Shown here: positions 37,866 to 48,300 of the stretch, piece by piece
Layout: each line of letters opens with the position of its first letter
Numbering within the stretch: position 1 is the stretch's first letter
Origin: Candidatus Sulfotelmatobacter sp.
GTDB taxonomy: Bacteria > Acidobacteriota > Terriglobia > Terriglobales > Acidobacteriaceae
NCBI GenBank assembly: GCA_036500765.1
Contig: DASYBM010000002.1
Coordinates: 226,874 to 290,873, forward strand
Direction: 5' to 3'
DNA length: 64,000 nt
Notes under the pieces: model-generated
The model's input: only the letters and a program-made list of their open reading frames with translations
Told to the model about the DNA's origin: nothing
The model's database searches: none
Translations under genes and position numbers: made by a program

Positions 37866-38072
37866 CTAGGAGGCGCGCCGCTGGCGGTCCTGATTTTCGT
37901 TGTCCAATTCATTCTCGCCTTGGCCGCTCTTCTTTTGCTGCCCGGGCTGGTTCTGTTGACCACCCTGACCGGTCTGCCCTTTCTGGCCCTGCTGTCCAGG
38001 TTGATTGCCCGACTGTCCACCTTGCTGACCAGTCTGGCCCTGCTGTCGGTTCTTCTCCATGTCGTCTGCCAT
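37866..38072 (-). CDS. Small Gln/Gly-rich intrinsically disordered protein (68 aa)
   Basis: MADDMEKNRQQGQTGQQGGQSGNQPGQQGQKGQTGQGGQQNQPGQQKKSGQGENELDNENQDRQRRAS. Strong SD: the minus strand reads TAAAAGGAGGACTATTTC-ATG. A terminator hairpin lies downstream. Confidence 0.6.
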   Translation of the reverse strand: MADDMEKNRQQGQTGQQGGQSGNQPGQQGQKGQTGQGGQQNQPGQQKKSGQGENELDNENQDRQRRAS

Positions 38073-38192
38073 GAAATAGTCCTCCTTTTAGAATGCGCGA
38101 CTGGGCGCATCTGCACTCAATTCACTGCCTCAACTTAGTTGCCGAAGAATCAGCGAAGGTTGGGGGGAAACGGATGGGGGCGGCGCGCATGG

Positions 38193-39488
38193 CTAGTGCA
38201 GCGTATCAACTTGTGGCGACGGTATTTGCGGAAGAGGGAAGGCTCTTAACTGATGCAGCTCATCCTGCGTTTTCTGCCACGCCACTGCATTCCGTTTGGT
38301 GGCAATGGGAGCATTCGGGTCGCTATAGAAAGTCAAAATGTTCTGCTGCAACTCTGGGGTGAGCTGATCGAAATTGTGCTGCACCAATTGATCCAACAGG
38401 CGCGCGTAGGCCTTGTCTGTGAGTACATACTCGCCGGCGTGTGTAATTCGCCCGGTGTCGAAGTCGGTGTTGGGAAGCTGAAGATGTCGTGCCCGAACTT
38501 CGATCAGAAGGCTCCGGTAGTTATCCAGGGTGCGATTAACGCTGGCAATGTAAAGATCCTCGGTTTTTTGAGTTGGAATCTTGAAGTCGAGTGCTTTAAA
38601 CGGTCCGACCTTGGGCACAAAATTGAGAAAGAAGGCCAGCACTCGCGTGCCGAATCCGGGCCGCCGGTATCCTTTGCCCCACTCGCGCTGATAGTTCGCG
38701 CGCGAAAGGTAATATCGAAACTTGCGGGCGTTGAAATTTGGGGTCTCGGCCACCAGTTCTTTTTTTCGCGACAGCAACGCCACCCTTGTCATCTCGGGAA
38801 GTATTGAGCTGATCGCACGCCGGAAGGTGCCAATTGCCAAATCCTCTTTCGTCAGCACCTCCGTCAGCGGAATGTCGTATGTATCCTGAAAAGCGCGCTC
38901 CAGCACGGGCTTGGAGATTTCAAATCCGATGAAGTCATGGTACCGGTCCGAAGTGTAGCGATTCTTGGCCACCTGAGTCACATCGAAGCCAAATTCCGTG
39001 CGGATATGAGCCTTGGGGTTATCCTCATACGTCACTTCGGGCCCAAATTTTTTCCGTAGCTTGGGAAATTCCAGCGCCACCGCCTGATTCACCACAGGAT
39101 GGCCTAAATTGTCCGCCGAATAGTGCGACAACGCGCCCAGGGCAAAAGCGTATTCATCGACATCTGAAGATTCGTTGATCAGGTTGACGATGAAGTCTCC
39201 GCTACGCACGTAGTGAGTGAGGTCGCTGAAGTATTTGTTGCCGAAGGGATAGTAGCCCATGTCCTGAATGAGCGAACCGCCGTAGGCGAAGGCATGCGCC
39301 TTCTTTAGGTCTTCGGCGCTCGCGTGGGGGAAACGCTTGAGCAGCAGAGGCTGAATGTCGTCCTTCCATAACAGATCTACGACTTCTTCATGGGTTAGCA
39401 CGGAGTACCCGCCGCAAACGCCTGACAATGAAAAAACCAGAGTCAAGCCCAGCAATAGTTGCCAAACACCGCGGAATTGATCTGTCAA
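38193..39488 (-). CDS. Zinc-dependent phospholipase C family-like protein, secreted
   Basis: After the signal peptide: GYSVLTHEEVVDLLWKDDIQPLLLKRFP...AHAFAYGGSLIQDMGYYPFGNKYFSDLTHYVRSGDF. This matches the N-terminal pattern I recall for this family. TTG start. Confidence 0.55.
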   Translation of the reverse strand: MTDQFRGVWQLLLGLTLVFSLSGVCGGYSVLTHEEVVDLLWKDDIQPLLLKRFPHASAEDLKKAHAFAYGGSLIQDMGYYPFGNKYFSDLTHYVRSGDFIVNLINESSDVDEYAFALGALSHYSADNLGHPVVNQAVALEFPKLRKKFGPEVTYEDNPKAHIRTEFGFDVTQVAKNRYTSDRYHDFIGFEISKPVLERAFQDTYDIPLTEVLTKEDLAIGTFRRAISSILPEMTRVALLSRKKELVAETPNFNARKFRYYLSRANYQREWGKGYRRPGFGTRVLAFFLNFVPKVGPFKALDFKIPTQKTEDLYIASVNRTLDNYRSLLIEVRARHLQLPNTDFDTGRITHAGEYVLTDKAYARLLDQLVQHNFDQLTPELQQNILTFYSDPNAPIATKRNAVAWQKTQDELHQLRAFPLPQIPSPQVDTLH

Positions 39489-39744
39489 GCCAGTCCTTTC
39501 CAGGTCGCCTTTTGCGGGTGGATGAGCATGGTTTGCCGTCGTCGTAACAACAACGCCGCATCTGTTAGTTGCCGAAAGCAGGTCGGGGTTGACGGAAAAT
39601 CAAAATCCCTGAGCTCAGTGTACAGGCATATTGCCTTCCTGTTACCAGATGTTCCGTAATGACAGGTGGCCTGTTGGGGAATTACCGTGGGTTTGCGTCA
39701 TTGGACTTCGGGCTTCTACAAATTCGAAAGCGGAGGAAACGCAC

Positions 39745-39900
39745 ATGAGTATCTGGGCAATATTATTCGTCGTCCTGTTAATTGCATGGCTGGGCGGATT
39801 CACGGTTTTCCATGTAGCTGGTGGACTGATTCACCTGCTGTTGGTCTTCGCGGTCATTTCCCTGATTTTGCATTTTGTGATGGGAAGCCGCACCGCATAG
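39745..39900 (+). CDS. Small two-TM membrane protein (lmo0937-like family)
   Basis: MSIWAILFVVLLIAWLGGFTVFHVAGGLIHLLLVFAVISLILHFVMGSRTA. GGAGGA lies 8 nt upstream of the ATG at 39745. Confidence 0.6.
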   Translation: MSIWAILFVVLLIAWLGGFTVFHVAGGLIHLLLVFAVISLILHFVMGSRTA

Positions 39901-39993
39901 CCACGCTAGCATCGTACTCGCACACGGGAGTGTGGCTCAGCAAAAACGCGACTAACAACATGAACTAACTTATCAATTTAAGGAGTGTGAAGT

Positions 39994-40305
39994 ATGAGCA
40001 AGTTACTCAATTCGCTGTTAAAAACCGCGGTCTTCGTCGCGAACCAATATTATGAGCAAGTCGACCGAGCTGCCGACCGTGTTACCGATCGCGTTTCCGA
40101 TATCGTAGACCGTAGCAAAGAGATCGTGCGCGGGTCTGAGAACCATACGCTGCGCAACGTGTTAAGCTTTGCGGCCGGTATGGGCGTCGGGGTGGGTGCG
40201 GGGATACTGCTCGCGCCGGCCAGCGGAAGCGAAATTCGCAGCTCGATCAAAGGAAAGGTTCGCAATATCAGGAGCCAGGCGAGCCAAGCGACTCAAGCGA
40301 GCTGA
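39994..40305 (+). CDS. YtxH domain protein
   Basis: Hydrophobic segment plus the LLAPASGSEIRSSIKGKV motif typical of YtxH. AAGGAG SD upstream. Confidence 0.7.
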   Translation: MSKLLNSLLKTAVFVANQYYEQVDRAADRVTDRVSDIVDRSKEIVRGSENHTLRNVLSFAAGMGVGVGAGILLAPASGSEIRSSIKGKVRNIRSQASQATQAS

Positions 40306-40400
40306 GGTGGCACAGGCAGCGAACCGATTCGGGGAAAGCCTTAGTGATCTTCTCGAGAAGCGAACCAAGGCTCCGCGTCGGCAACCTGTTCAAATATGAA

Positions 40401-40422
40401 AGGCCAGCATTTCTGCTGGCCT
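40401..40422 (-). terminator. Hairpin terminator downstream of the 40444-40776 gene
   Basis: 9-bp stem aggccagca / tgctggcct with loop tttc. The minus-strand reading is followed by TTTCATATTTG. Confidence 0.5.
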
Positions 40423-40443
40423 CGGGGAGCGCTTCTACGCTGG

Positions 40444-40776
40444 TTATTGCGGTTGCGAACTGTCTTTCTTCATGTTGTCTCCTGCCATTTTGAGGGAGAC
40501 CACATCAACGGAGCTGGCGTCGGCGGAAACGCGCGCTTTCAGGGTAACATGATGTCCCTCATGCCCCTTCACCGCGTCGGGATTTGTAATCGTCAAAGTC
40601 TTCCCGTCCTTGTCACTTGTGAACGTCTTGCCGTCATCGCTGATTTTTCCGGTGAGGTGGGTAGCCTTCGCCGAAGTGTCGTTCTTCATTGTGCCCTGGC
40701 TCATAGTGTCTTGAGCGAGCAGGCTGAGTGACGTCAGCACGCTCAATGCGAAGACAATCGTCATCAGTTTCCTCAT
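40444..40776 (-). CDS. Small secreted hypothetical protein (110 aa)
   Basis: The internal ATG gives the signal peptide MRKLMTIVFALSVLTSLSLLAQD. The mature part is hydrophilic and contains HEGHH. Confidence 0.6.
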   Translation of the reverse strand: MRKLMTIVFALSVLTSLSLLAQDTMSQGTMKNDTSAKATHLTGKISDDGKTFTSDKDGKTLTITNPDAVKGHEGHHVTLKARVSADASSVDVVSLKMAGDNMKKDSSQPQ

Positions 40777-41197
40777 TGCGATCTCCTTTGCGAAACTATT
40801 CCGGGACGGTGCCAATCCAGCCAGGCGACCTACTCCGGGGAAGAAGGATAGTCGTGAGGGTCCGAATGCCGGCCACAAGCAGGTCGACGCTAACCCATGA
40901 CTATCCTGAATCGAGTCCTGAGCTTAACGAACCGACGAACCTCTATCAATACTGTGAATGCCTTAGCCGCTTGGGCTGAAGATAATGCCACCGATTCGTT
41001 CCGGCCCTCACAAACGCCCAGCTTTGCCAACCAAGCTGCTTTAGCATGGATGAGCTGCCGATTTACTAGATAACTCAATACTTTCCGCGCAACCTCCCAA
41101 GAGAGTTCTACTTCTAAGCATTCCGGCTAGGTCTTCAGAACCCATTGGAGAACTTGGCCGGTTCGGCGTTTGAACCGGCCAGGAGAAAGAACGCACA

Positions 41198-42361
41198 ATG
41201 AGAAACTTCTTCGTTCGAGCCGGATTGCTGTTGGCCGCGGTGACGATAGCGATGTCATTGGCATCGTTCGGGCAGGTCCGCATATCAGTGTCGTTTGGTC
41301 CGCCGGCGCTCCCTGTCTATGACCAGCCGCTCTGTCCGGGCGACGGCTATATCTGGACGCCCGGTTATTGGGCTTGGGACGACGATGACGGCGATTACTA
41401 CTGGGTGCCGGGCACCTGGGTGTTGGCGCCCGAGGTTGGTTTCCTCTGGACTCCGCCCTACTGGGCGTGGGCTGATGGCGGATTTATGTTTTACGACGGT
41501 TACTGGGGACCGCACGTCGGTTTCTATGGCGGCATCAATTACGGCTTCGGCTATTTTGGCGAAGGTTTTGTGGGCGGACGCTGGGACGGTGGACACTTCT
41601 TCTACAACCGCGCCGTGATGAATGTAAATGTCACCAACGTTCACAACGTCTATAACGAGACTGTCGTCAACAGGAATGTAACGGTAAATCGGGTGAGCTA
41701 TAACGGCGGTAATGGCGGTATTAATGCTCGTCCGACTCCGCAGGAGGAAGCTGTCGCTCATGAGCGGCACATTCCGCCCGCGGCCACGCAGGTTCAGCAC
41801 ATGCAGGCTGCCCGCGGCAATCCGGAATTTCGAGCTTCGACAAATCATGGCAAGCCCGCTGTGGCCGCAACCGCCAGGCCAGGGGTATTCACCGGCCGCG
41901 AAGCCGTTCCGGCGCGAGAAGCCGGCGCGCCGTATAACCATCCGCCAGCTCGTGGAGCCGCTCAACCAAGACCAGAAAATGCTGGCCGCCCGGCGACTGA
42001 AGGGCGTCCCGCGGAGAATGGCGGACGGCCTGCAACTGCAGTTCATCCCAACGACCTCCCACCCATGGAGCGTCCGGCCGCACCGAACACAGGGAACGAC
42101 AAGCTCGATCAGAAATATGCGCAGCAGCAGCAAAAGCTTCAGCAGAAGCAAACTCAGGAACGGCAGAAGCTGCAACAGCAGCAGGAAAACGAACATCAGC
42201 AATTAGCCAAGCAGAATGCGGATGATGCCAGAAAGCAGCAAGTCGAGCAGAAGCATCAGCAGCAGACGCAGCAATTGCAGCAGAGGCACGTGCTTCAACA
42301 ACAGCAACTACAGCAGAGGCAGGCGCCACGAGGCCCAGCGCCATCGAGGCCTAAGAAGTAA
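41198..42361 (+). CDS. YXWGXW-repeat protein with Gln-rich coiled-coil tail
   Basis: Signal peptide, then GYIWTPGYWAWDDDDGDYYWVPGTWV...LWTPPYWAWADGGFMFYDGYWGPHVGFYGGINYGFGY. C-terminal 80 aa are QQQQKLQQKQTQERQKLQQQQENEHQQL...QQQLQQRQ. Confidence 0.75.
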   Translation: MRNFFVRAGLLLAAVTIAMSLASFGQVRISVSFGPPALPVYDQPLCPGDGYIWTPGYWAWDDDDGDYYWVPGTWVLAPEVGFLWTPPYWAWADGGFMFYDGYWGPHVGFYGGINYGFGYFGEGFVGGRWDGGHFFYNRAVMNVNVTNVHNVYNETVVNRNVTVNRVSYNGGNGGINARPTPQEEAVAHERHIPPAATQVQHMQAARGNPEFRASTNHGKPAVAATARPGVFTGREAVPAREAGAPYNHPPARGAAQPRPENAGRPATEGRPAENGGRPATAVHPNDLPPMERPAAPNTGNDKLDQKYAQQQQKLQQKQTQERQKLQQQQENEHQQLAKQNADDARKQQVEQKHQQQTQQLQQRHVLQQQQLQQRQAPRGPAPSRPKK

Positions 42362-42431
42362 ATTGAACAGGGCGCAAAAGCTCACGTCAGTGAAGATTTG
42401 CCGATCTAACCTGCCACATCGCACAGCAAAC

Positions 42432-45047
42432 TCACTGCGGCTGCATCGCTTCGTCAACCACCACTTTGCCGCCCTTGTCGGCGGTAACGATTTTGTGCAC
42501 CGGCGCATACCCGCTCAGAGTAATGTCGACCACGTAGTTGCCGGGATCGAGCGCCACGTCCACCGGCGACATTTTGTCGAGCATGTGCTGGTTGATCGCC
42601 ACCTGCGCGCCCTTGGGCGTGGTGTGAATGCTGACCAATGCCTGTCCCGCGGGTGCGCCCTTCCCGCCAAATAACTTGAACTTGCCGACTGTCTTGATAT
42701 TCTCCGTGTTGCCCAGCGAGCGCAACGTGGGAGAGAAGTTAAACGTCTGCCCCAGCACGAACTGGGCGTTCATGGTTTCGTCAATGTAACCCGGCATCCG
42801 CACCAGCACCACATGCTGACCTTTGTCCACGCTGACCTGCGCCGGTGTTTTCGTGCCCACGTCGCGGCCGTCAACGTAGATGTTGGCTCCCGGCGGATCG
42901 CTTTTCACCACCAGTGTGGCCATCAATTGCGCCAGATGGATGGTGGCCGTCGCCCGGTTCGCGGAAACGACATTCACCGTCCGCGTATCGGTGGCGTAAC
43001 CCGGCTTGCTGATCGTGATCGAGTGCACCCCTGGTTGCAGATTGCTCAAGGCAAACGGGGTGACCCAGCTCGGGTCCGTCTGCCCATCCACCTGCACTTG
43101 AGCGCCCTGCGGTGTGGAATCAACTGCTAAGCCTCCTGGAATCGCGGCGGGAGCGGGAGCGGACTTCTTCTTGGCACTTCGTGGCGCTTTCGAATTCGCA
43201 GCGGGCCGGGTCTCAACAGGTTCGGGCTCAGCCGCCGCGGGCGGTTCGGGATTGCTAGGTTGAGCCACGGGCTGGGCTGGGACAGGTTGCGGCGGGGGGG
43301 CCGACTGGATTGCCTGCGGCTGCGCGGGCGCTTGCGTCACCGCGGCAGAATGGTCCGAGCCGGAGTCATCGTCGCTGTTCAGCCCGTGCACATACATCGT
43401 CACGGCAATGCCGATCACCAGAATCAGCGCGACCGCTCCGCCAATGGCATAAAGCATGAGCTTGGGCGGAACATTCTTGATCTCTTTAATCGCTTTTTCG
43501 GCGACTTCCCGCGGCTGAACCCTGGGCTTCTCCTCGGCCTTCCGGTTGCCCGAGTAGACGCTTGTTGTTGCCGGGGCTGCGGACTGCATCTGCGGAAGCG
43601 GAGGCGGAGGCGGCGGTGGCGGAATATATACTTCCTTCAGGGGAGGCAACTCCGTCATCTCCGAAAAGCTCACACCAGCGCTGCCCTTCGACCCTCCCCC
43701 GGCCATCATCGGATCGACCGCGATCTTGGGAGAGTCGTTGGAAACTTCTTCGGAAACCTGCGGTTCGAAAGCCTCGATTTCCGGCTCATCGGCTACGGAC
43801 GAGGACATGGATGCGCGGGGCGTGGTTGTGCTTGATAGCATTTCCGGCGCGTCGTTCTCGCTGGACTCGTTCGATTCGACGGAAGTCGAAAGATCCGCCT
43901 GCGCTGGCTCGTATTCCGAAACCTCCCGCGGCGATGCCGCGCTCTGGCCACTCCCCGCCCCGGCCGCCGCCGCAGCGGTTTTCGGAGCAGCGAGCCGCGA
44001 AACTGGCTTGGCCAATTTCGACTTCGTCTCAGCTGCGATCGCGGGGACGGTAAGCTTGGAAGCTGATGGAGTTGCAGGCCGCGCCATTGCTGCTGGAGTC
44101 GGCACCGGTGTCGCCTGCTTGGCCGCCGAAGGCGCCACAGATTTCGCCTGCGCCACCGGACTCGGCCTGGGCGCCACCGGCGCAGCCTTCGGCGCAACCG
44201 CCGCCTTGGGCGCTTCCGTTTTCTTCGCCGGCCTCGATTCTTTACAATTTTCCAGATCGTCGAGCAACTCGCGCGCGCTCTGATAACGCTGCGCGGGATC
44301 CTTCGCGAGCGCCTTGATGATGAGATTGCTCAGAACCGGATGCACTTTAGGATTCACCTGAATCGGCGCAGTCGGTGTGGTGTCGAGGATGCATTGCCGC
44401 AAACTCTCGGTGTCCTCGCCATCAAAGGCCTTCCGCTCCGTCACCATTTCATAGAGCATCGCGCCCAGACTGAACAGGTTCGATCGCGAATCGCACACAT
44501 CGCTCAGCACTTGCTCCGGCGACATGTAATGCAGAATGGACGGAACTCCGTCGGGAACAAGCTGAACCATGTTCCCCACCTGCGAAACCCCGTACCCCAG
44601 AATCTTGACCGTCCCATCCCAGCCACACATGATTTTGGCCGGCTCCAGGCTGTAATGAACGATGTTGCTCGCCTTGGCGTGTTCCAGTCCGGTGGTCAAC
44701 TGCCGGCCAATATCGAGCAGATCCCAAATCGAAAATCCTTCGTTGCGCGCCAGCATCGTGGCAATGCTGTTGCCTTGTATGTATTCCATGGCGGCGCAGA
44801 ACTGGCCGTCGATGACGCTGGCACTGGATACTTTGGTGATATTAGAGATGCTCAAAACCTTGCAGGCTTCCACTTCGGCCAGCAGCACCTGTTCCAGCGC
44901 CGCCGCGCCATCGCCAAACGCGCTCAACTGGATCGCCTTCAACGCGATCGTCTGCCCACTCTCCGTATCGTTGACTTTGTACACCACGCCCGTAGGCGAT
45001 TTCGACAGCTCGCTCAAAATTTCGAAGTGGCCGATTTTCGTAGGCAT
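42432..45047 (-). CDS. Ser/Thr-protein-kinase-fold protein (predicted pseudokinase) with TM segment and C-terminal PEGA domains
   Basis: Kinase fold: TIALKAI, YMSPEQ, DSRSNLFSLGAMLYEM. The catalytic loop reads HYSLEPAK instead of HRDLKPxN, and DFG reads GYG. A long Pro/Ala-rich linker and one TM follow. There are at least three PEGA-like modules (GAQVQVDG, GANIYVDG, GAQVAINQ). ATG at 45047 is preferred. Confidence 0.8.
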   Translation of the reverse strand: MPTKIGHFEILSELSKSPTGVVYKVNDTESGQTIALKAIQLSAFGDGAAALEQVLLAEVEACKVLSISNITKVSSASVIDGQFCAAMEYIQGNSIATMLARNEGFSIWDLLDIGRQLTTGLEHAKASNIVHYSLEPAKIMCGWDGTVKILGYGVSQVGNMVQLVPDGVPSILHYMSPEQVLSDVCDSRSNLFSLGAMLYEMVTERKAFDGEDTESLRQCILDTTPTAPIQVNPKVHPVLSNLIIKALAKDPAQRYQSARELLDDLENCKESRPAKKTEAPKAAVAPKAAPVAPRPSPVAQAKSVAPSAAKQATPVPTPAAMARPATPSASKLTVPAIAAETKSKLAKPVSRLAAPKTAAAAAGAGSGQSAASPREVSEYEPAQADLSTSVESNESSENDAPEMLSSTTTPRASMSSSVADEPEIEAFEPQVSEEVSNDSPKIAVDPMMAGGGSKGSAGVSFSEMTELPPLKEVYIPPPPPPPPLPQMQSAAPATTSVYSGNRKAEEKPRVQPREVAEKAIKEIKNVPPKLMLYAIGGAVALILVIGIAVTMYVHGLNSDDDSGSDHSAAVTQAPAQPQAIQSAPPPQPVPAQPVAQPSNPEPPAAAEPEPVETRPAANSKAPRSAKKKSAPAPAAIPGGLAVDSTPQGAQVQVDGQTDPSWVTPFALSNLQPGVHSITISKPGYATDTRTVNVVSANRATATIHLAQLMATLVVKSDPPGANIYVDGRDVGTKTPAQVSVDKGQHVVLVRMPGYIDETMNAQFVLGQTFNFSPTLRSLGNTENIKTVGKFKLFGGKGAPAGQALVSIHTTPKGAQVAINQHMLDKMSPVDVALDPGNYVVDITLSGYAPVHKIVTADKGGKVVVDEAMQPQ

Positions 45048-45250
45048 TGTCGTTTTTCCAGAACCCCGTTCCCCCGCGGGCACTCGCCTTGGTGCGCCAA
45101 TCGTTGGCGGCGGATTCCCCGGGGGAAATGTACGGTTAGAATATCGCCGCTGGAGTTAGTCTTCGAGTTACCAAGGTAAGCAAGGAAAGACGGGAGTGAA
45201 TGTCCTGTGGGGGAGCAGCGGGTGAACGGAAGATGGAGTGGAGGCGGGTC

Positions 45251-45266
45251 TTTGACCCGGGTCAAA
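45251..45266. repeat. Perfect 16-bp palindrome between the RND operon end and the kinase-like gene start
   Basis: tttgacccgggtcaaa reads identically on both strands. It could be a terminator hairpin or an operator. Confidence 0.4.
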
Positions 45267-45305
45267 AGCCCGGTCCTATACCATCACAGGCCACACGAAA
45301 CTAAT

Positions 45306-48300
45306 TTACGATGCAGGTTCAGGCTCAACCCGGGCGACCGGACCCTTACCGCGCTCCCGCCAGCCCTCAATAATCAGATACAGCACGGGGATGAAGAATA
45401 AATTCAGGATGGTCGACATGATCATTCCCCCAAACACGGTCGTGCCCACGGAATGCCGACCGTTTTCTCCTGCGCCCGTAGCCAGCACCAGCGGTACCAC
45501 GCCGAGAATGAACGCCAGCGACGTCATTACGATTGGACGCAGCCGAATCGTGGCCGCCTGCACCGCGGATTCCAATAGAGGCGTGCCGCGCTCGCGCAAC
45601 TGTTCGGCAAATTCCACGATCAGAATCGCATTCTTGCTCGATAACCCGACCAGCATTACCAATCCGACCTGACAGAAGACATCATTCTGTAGCCCGCGCA
45701 GCGCTTGCGCCCCCAGGGCTCCCAGCAGCGCCATGGGCACCGCCAGCAATACAATAAAGGGCAGCACGTAGCTTTCATACAGGGCTGCCAGAGTCAGATA
45801 GACGACCAGAGTGCCCAGCCCGAACAATATCAGCGAGGTCCCGCCCGCAGCCAATTCTTCCAGCGACAACCCCGTCCAGCTGTAGGTGAATCCCTGGGGC
45901 ATCTTCGAAGCGAGCTGCTCCATCGTCGCGATCGCCTGCCCGGAGCTGTATCCCGGAGCCGGTGAGCCGTCGATTTCCGCGGAGCGGAATAGATTGTAGT
46001 GGTTGATGACCTGCGGGGTCGTTGTCTGCGTGACGCTAATCAGGTTCTCCAGCGGCACCATCGCCCCACTGTCGGAGCGAACGTAAAATTGGTTCATCTC
46101 TTGCGCGGTGGCGCGGAATTCTTTATCCGCCTGGACGTAAACCCGATACGAGCGGTTGGCGAAATCGAAATCGTTCACATAGGACGAGCCCATGTAGACA
46201 CCCAGGGCATCGGTGATTTGCGACAGGGGCACGTGCAGGCTCTTCGCCTTCTCGCGATCAATCGTCACCAGATATTGCGGATCATTTGCGGTAAATTGGG
46301 TGAATAGACGAGTCAAGCCCTTCTGTTGCGCCGCTTGCTGCATTATGCCTTGAGTCGCGGCGGCTAGTTGGTCGAGTGTGTGCGCCCCCTGATCCTGCAC
46401 CACAAACTGAAAGCCGCCGAATTGTCCCAGTCCCTGAATCGGAGGCGGCAGCGTGGGAAACACAATTGCTCCAGAAACGCCAAACATTCGGGGGCGAATG
46501 CGGTTCAAGATCGCGGTTGCGGAATGTTCCTCGCCCTTGCGCCGCGAATACCGTTTCAGCGGAACGAAAATGATACCCTGATTCGCCGCCGATCCCGCAA
46601 AACTGAAGCCGGCGACCACGAACGTTCCGTTCGATTCCGGCACATCCGCCAGCAAATCTGAGACCTGCTTCCCGATCGCCTTGGTGTATTCGAGCGATGC
46701 CCCCGACGGCGCTTGAATCACGACGATGAAATACCCCTGGTCTTCATCCGGGACAAAGCCGGTGGGCACGAGCCTAAACACGTAGTAAGTAAGCCCGAGT
46801 CCGGCAAGGAAGAGCAGCGAGGCCACCAGCCGGTAGTTCAGCAGGAATCTCAGCGCTTGCTGGTAAGCATTCGTCACCCCGCCCATCAACTTGTCAAACT
46901 GGCGGAAAATCCACAGCTTCTCGTGATGCCCGCCGCTCAAGAAAATTGCCGCCAGAGAGGGCGCCAGCGTCAGTGCGTTGAACGCCGAAATGGAGATAGA
47001 GAACGCAATCGTCAGCGCGAACTGCCGGAACAGGATACCCGTCGTCCCGGGGAAGAACGCCACCGGCACAAACACGGCCACCAGCACCAGCGAGGTCGCG
47101 ATCACAGCCCCTGTGATTTCCCCGGTCGCCGCCGACGCCGCTTTGTGCGAGTCGTGCTCGCCCCCTTGAATGTGGCGCTCGATGTTTTCAATCACCACGA
47201 TGGCATCGTCCACCACCAGCCCGGTCGCCAGCGTGATGCCGAACAACGTAAGCGTATTGATCGAGAAACCGAGCAACTTCACGAACACGAACGTGCCGAT
47301 CAGCGAAACCGGAGTGGCGATGAAGTGAATCATCGTGGTTCGCCAGTCGCCAAGGAAAATGAAGATCACCAGGATGACCAGCACAATCGCCGTGCCCACT
47401 GTGTAGGTGACGTCGCGAATGGATTCGCCAACCGCGTCAGTGGTATCGAAGGCGACGTTGTAGTGCATGCCCGGCGGGAAATTCTTCGATAGCCGGTCGA
47501 GTTCGGCAATCGCCCGGCGGTCGACATCGAGCGCATTCGCCGTGGAAAGCTGCGTGACGGCAATGCCGATCGCGGGCTGGCCGTTGAATAGCACATCGTT
47601 GGCGTAGCTTTCGGCGCCCAGTTCGGCACGCCCCACATCTTTTAGGCGAACCAGCGTGCCATCGGAATTTGTTTTCAGGATGATGTTGTCGAACTGCGCC
47701 GGCTCGCTCAACCGCCCCACCGCGCGCACGCTAACCTGGTACTGCTGGCCCGGGATCGCCGGCTGCTGGCCGACTTGCCCTGCCGCCACTTCCACGTTCT
47801 GCTCTGCGAGCGCGTTCACTACGTCGGTCGCGGTGAGCGCGCGGCCTGCCATGCGCACCGGGTCGAGCCACAACCGCATGGAGTATTTGCGTTCGCCGAA
47901 GATGATCACGTCGGCGACACCGGGAATGCGTTTGAGCGAATCCCGCACATAAATATCGAGATAGTTGCTGATGAAGAGCGTGGAGTATCGGTTGTTGTCG
48001 GAGAAAACCGCGCCGCCAAAGACAAAGTTCTGCGAGGTTTTCGCGGTCGTGATGCCGACGGCCTTGACCGCAGCGGGAAGCCGGCCCTGCGCCGTGTTCA
48101 CACGATTCTGGATATCGACGGTAGCGAGGTCGGGATCGCGGGTCAGATCGAAGGTCGCGATCACGCTGCTGGTGCCGTCATTGCCGCTGGTCGAGGTGAC
48201 GTACTTCATCCCCTCGGCGCCGTTGACTTGCTGTTCGATGGGAATCGTGACCGCGCTCTCTACGGTCTGCGCGCTGGCTCCAATGTAGACGCTGGTGACG

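Noticed and set aside
37851-38138. 95-aa Leu-rich 'membrane protein' ORF on the plus strand
   Set aside because: It is the mirror image of the CAG/GGN-rich minus-strand gene (CTG = Leu). The SD and terminator signals fit the minus-strand ORF only.
41285-42202. 305-aa minus-strand ORF opposite the YXWGXW gene, and the 279-aa plus-strand ORF at 44340-45179 opposite the kinase-like gene
   Set aside because: Both are shadow frames, while the sense genes carry unmistakable repeat or kinase-fold motifs.
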